A stretch of DNA of 63,585 bases, filler included, from Octopus bimaculoides (lineage: Eukaryota), in the NCBI RefSeq assembly GCF_001194135.2. It is 8 parts of 7 records of this genome, joined end to end, with 100 filler letters (N's around TTAATTAATTAA, not from the genome) between each part and the next. Parts side by side here need not be neighbours in the genome. Positions count along the whole stretch, not along the records: positions 61,537 to 63,585 come from NW_026431134.1; 7 more parts are not named here. One strand, 5' to 3'. The translations under genes and the position numbers were made by a program. This document shows positions 63,426-63,585 of this stretch, piece by piece; position 1 is the first letter of the stretch, and each line of letters starts with the position of its first letter. The notes beneath the pieces were generated by a model, which was given only the letters and a program-made list of their open reading frames with translations, did not search any database and was not told where the DNA came from.

Positions 63426-63585
63426 ATATCTATCTATCTATCTATACACACAACACATACACACACACAAACGCACGCACGCAGACATATATATGTACAG
63501 ATAGATAGTTAAATAGATAGATAGATAGATAGATAGATCTACATTTCTGCTTGTATTTGCTTGTACTTACATATTTTAATATATA

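Overview
Repeat-rich animal DNA, most likely an octopus or other coleoid cephalopod. This is an inference from the SINE families, the dense microsatellites and the style of the C2H2 genes. The window is not one contiguous sequence: seven 100-nt joins (44 N + TTAATTAATTAA + 44 N) split it into eight pieces, and there are many other N gaps. Segment 1 (1-18588) holds the 3' half of a spliced + strand gene that is missing from the ORF track: last ankyrin repeat (MIB1/MIB2-like), C3HC4 RING, a linker built from duplicated phase-1 exon cassettes (one carrying a 21-bp coding minisatellite), and a C-terminal death domain. An intact paralogous ankyrin exon lies about 4.8 kb past its stop codon. The introns contain about nine copies of one tRNA-derived SINE in both orientations. 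At 33.3-36.1 kb is a tandem pair of single-exon C2H2 zinc-finger genes, one truncated by a premature stop and one frameshifted. They are followed by an unidentified coding-like exon and an RFX X-box promoter candidate. Elsewhere are SINEs, LINE relics (R4/Dong-like, another RLE-type, CR1-like, RTE-like), piggyBac-type MITEs, two families of hammerhead-ribozyme-like motifs in retroelement tails, two strong hairpins and long microsatellite tracts. Almost all ORFs in the supplied track are repeat or gap artefacts. All alignments were done by eye and no database searches were run.
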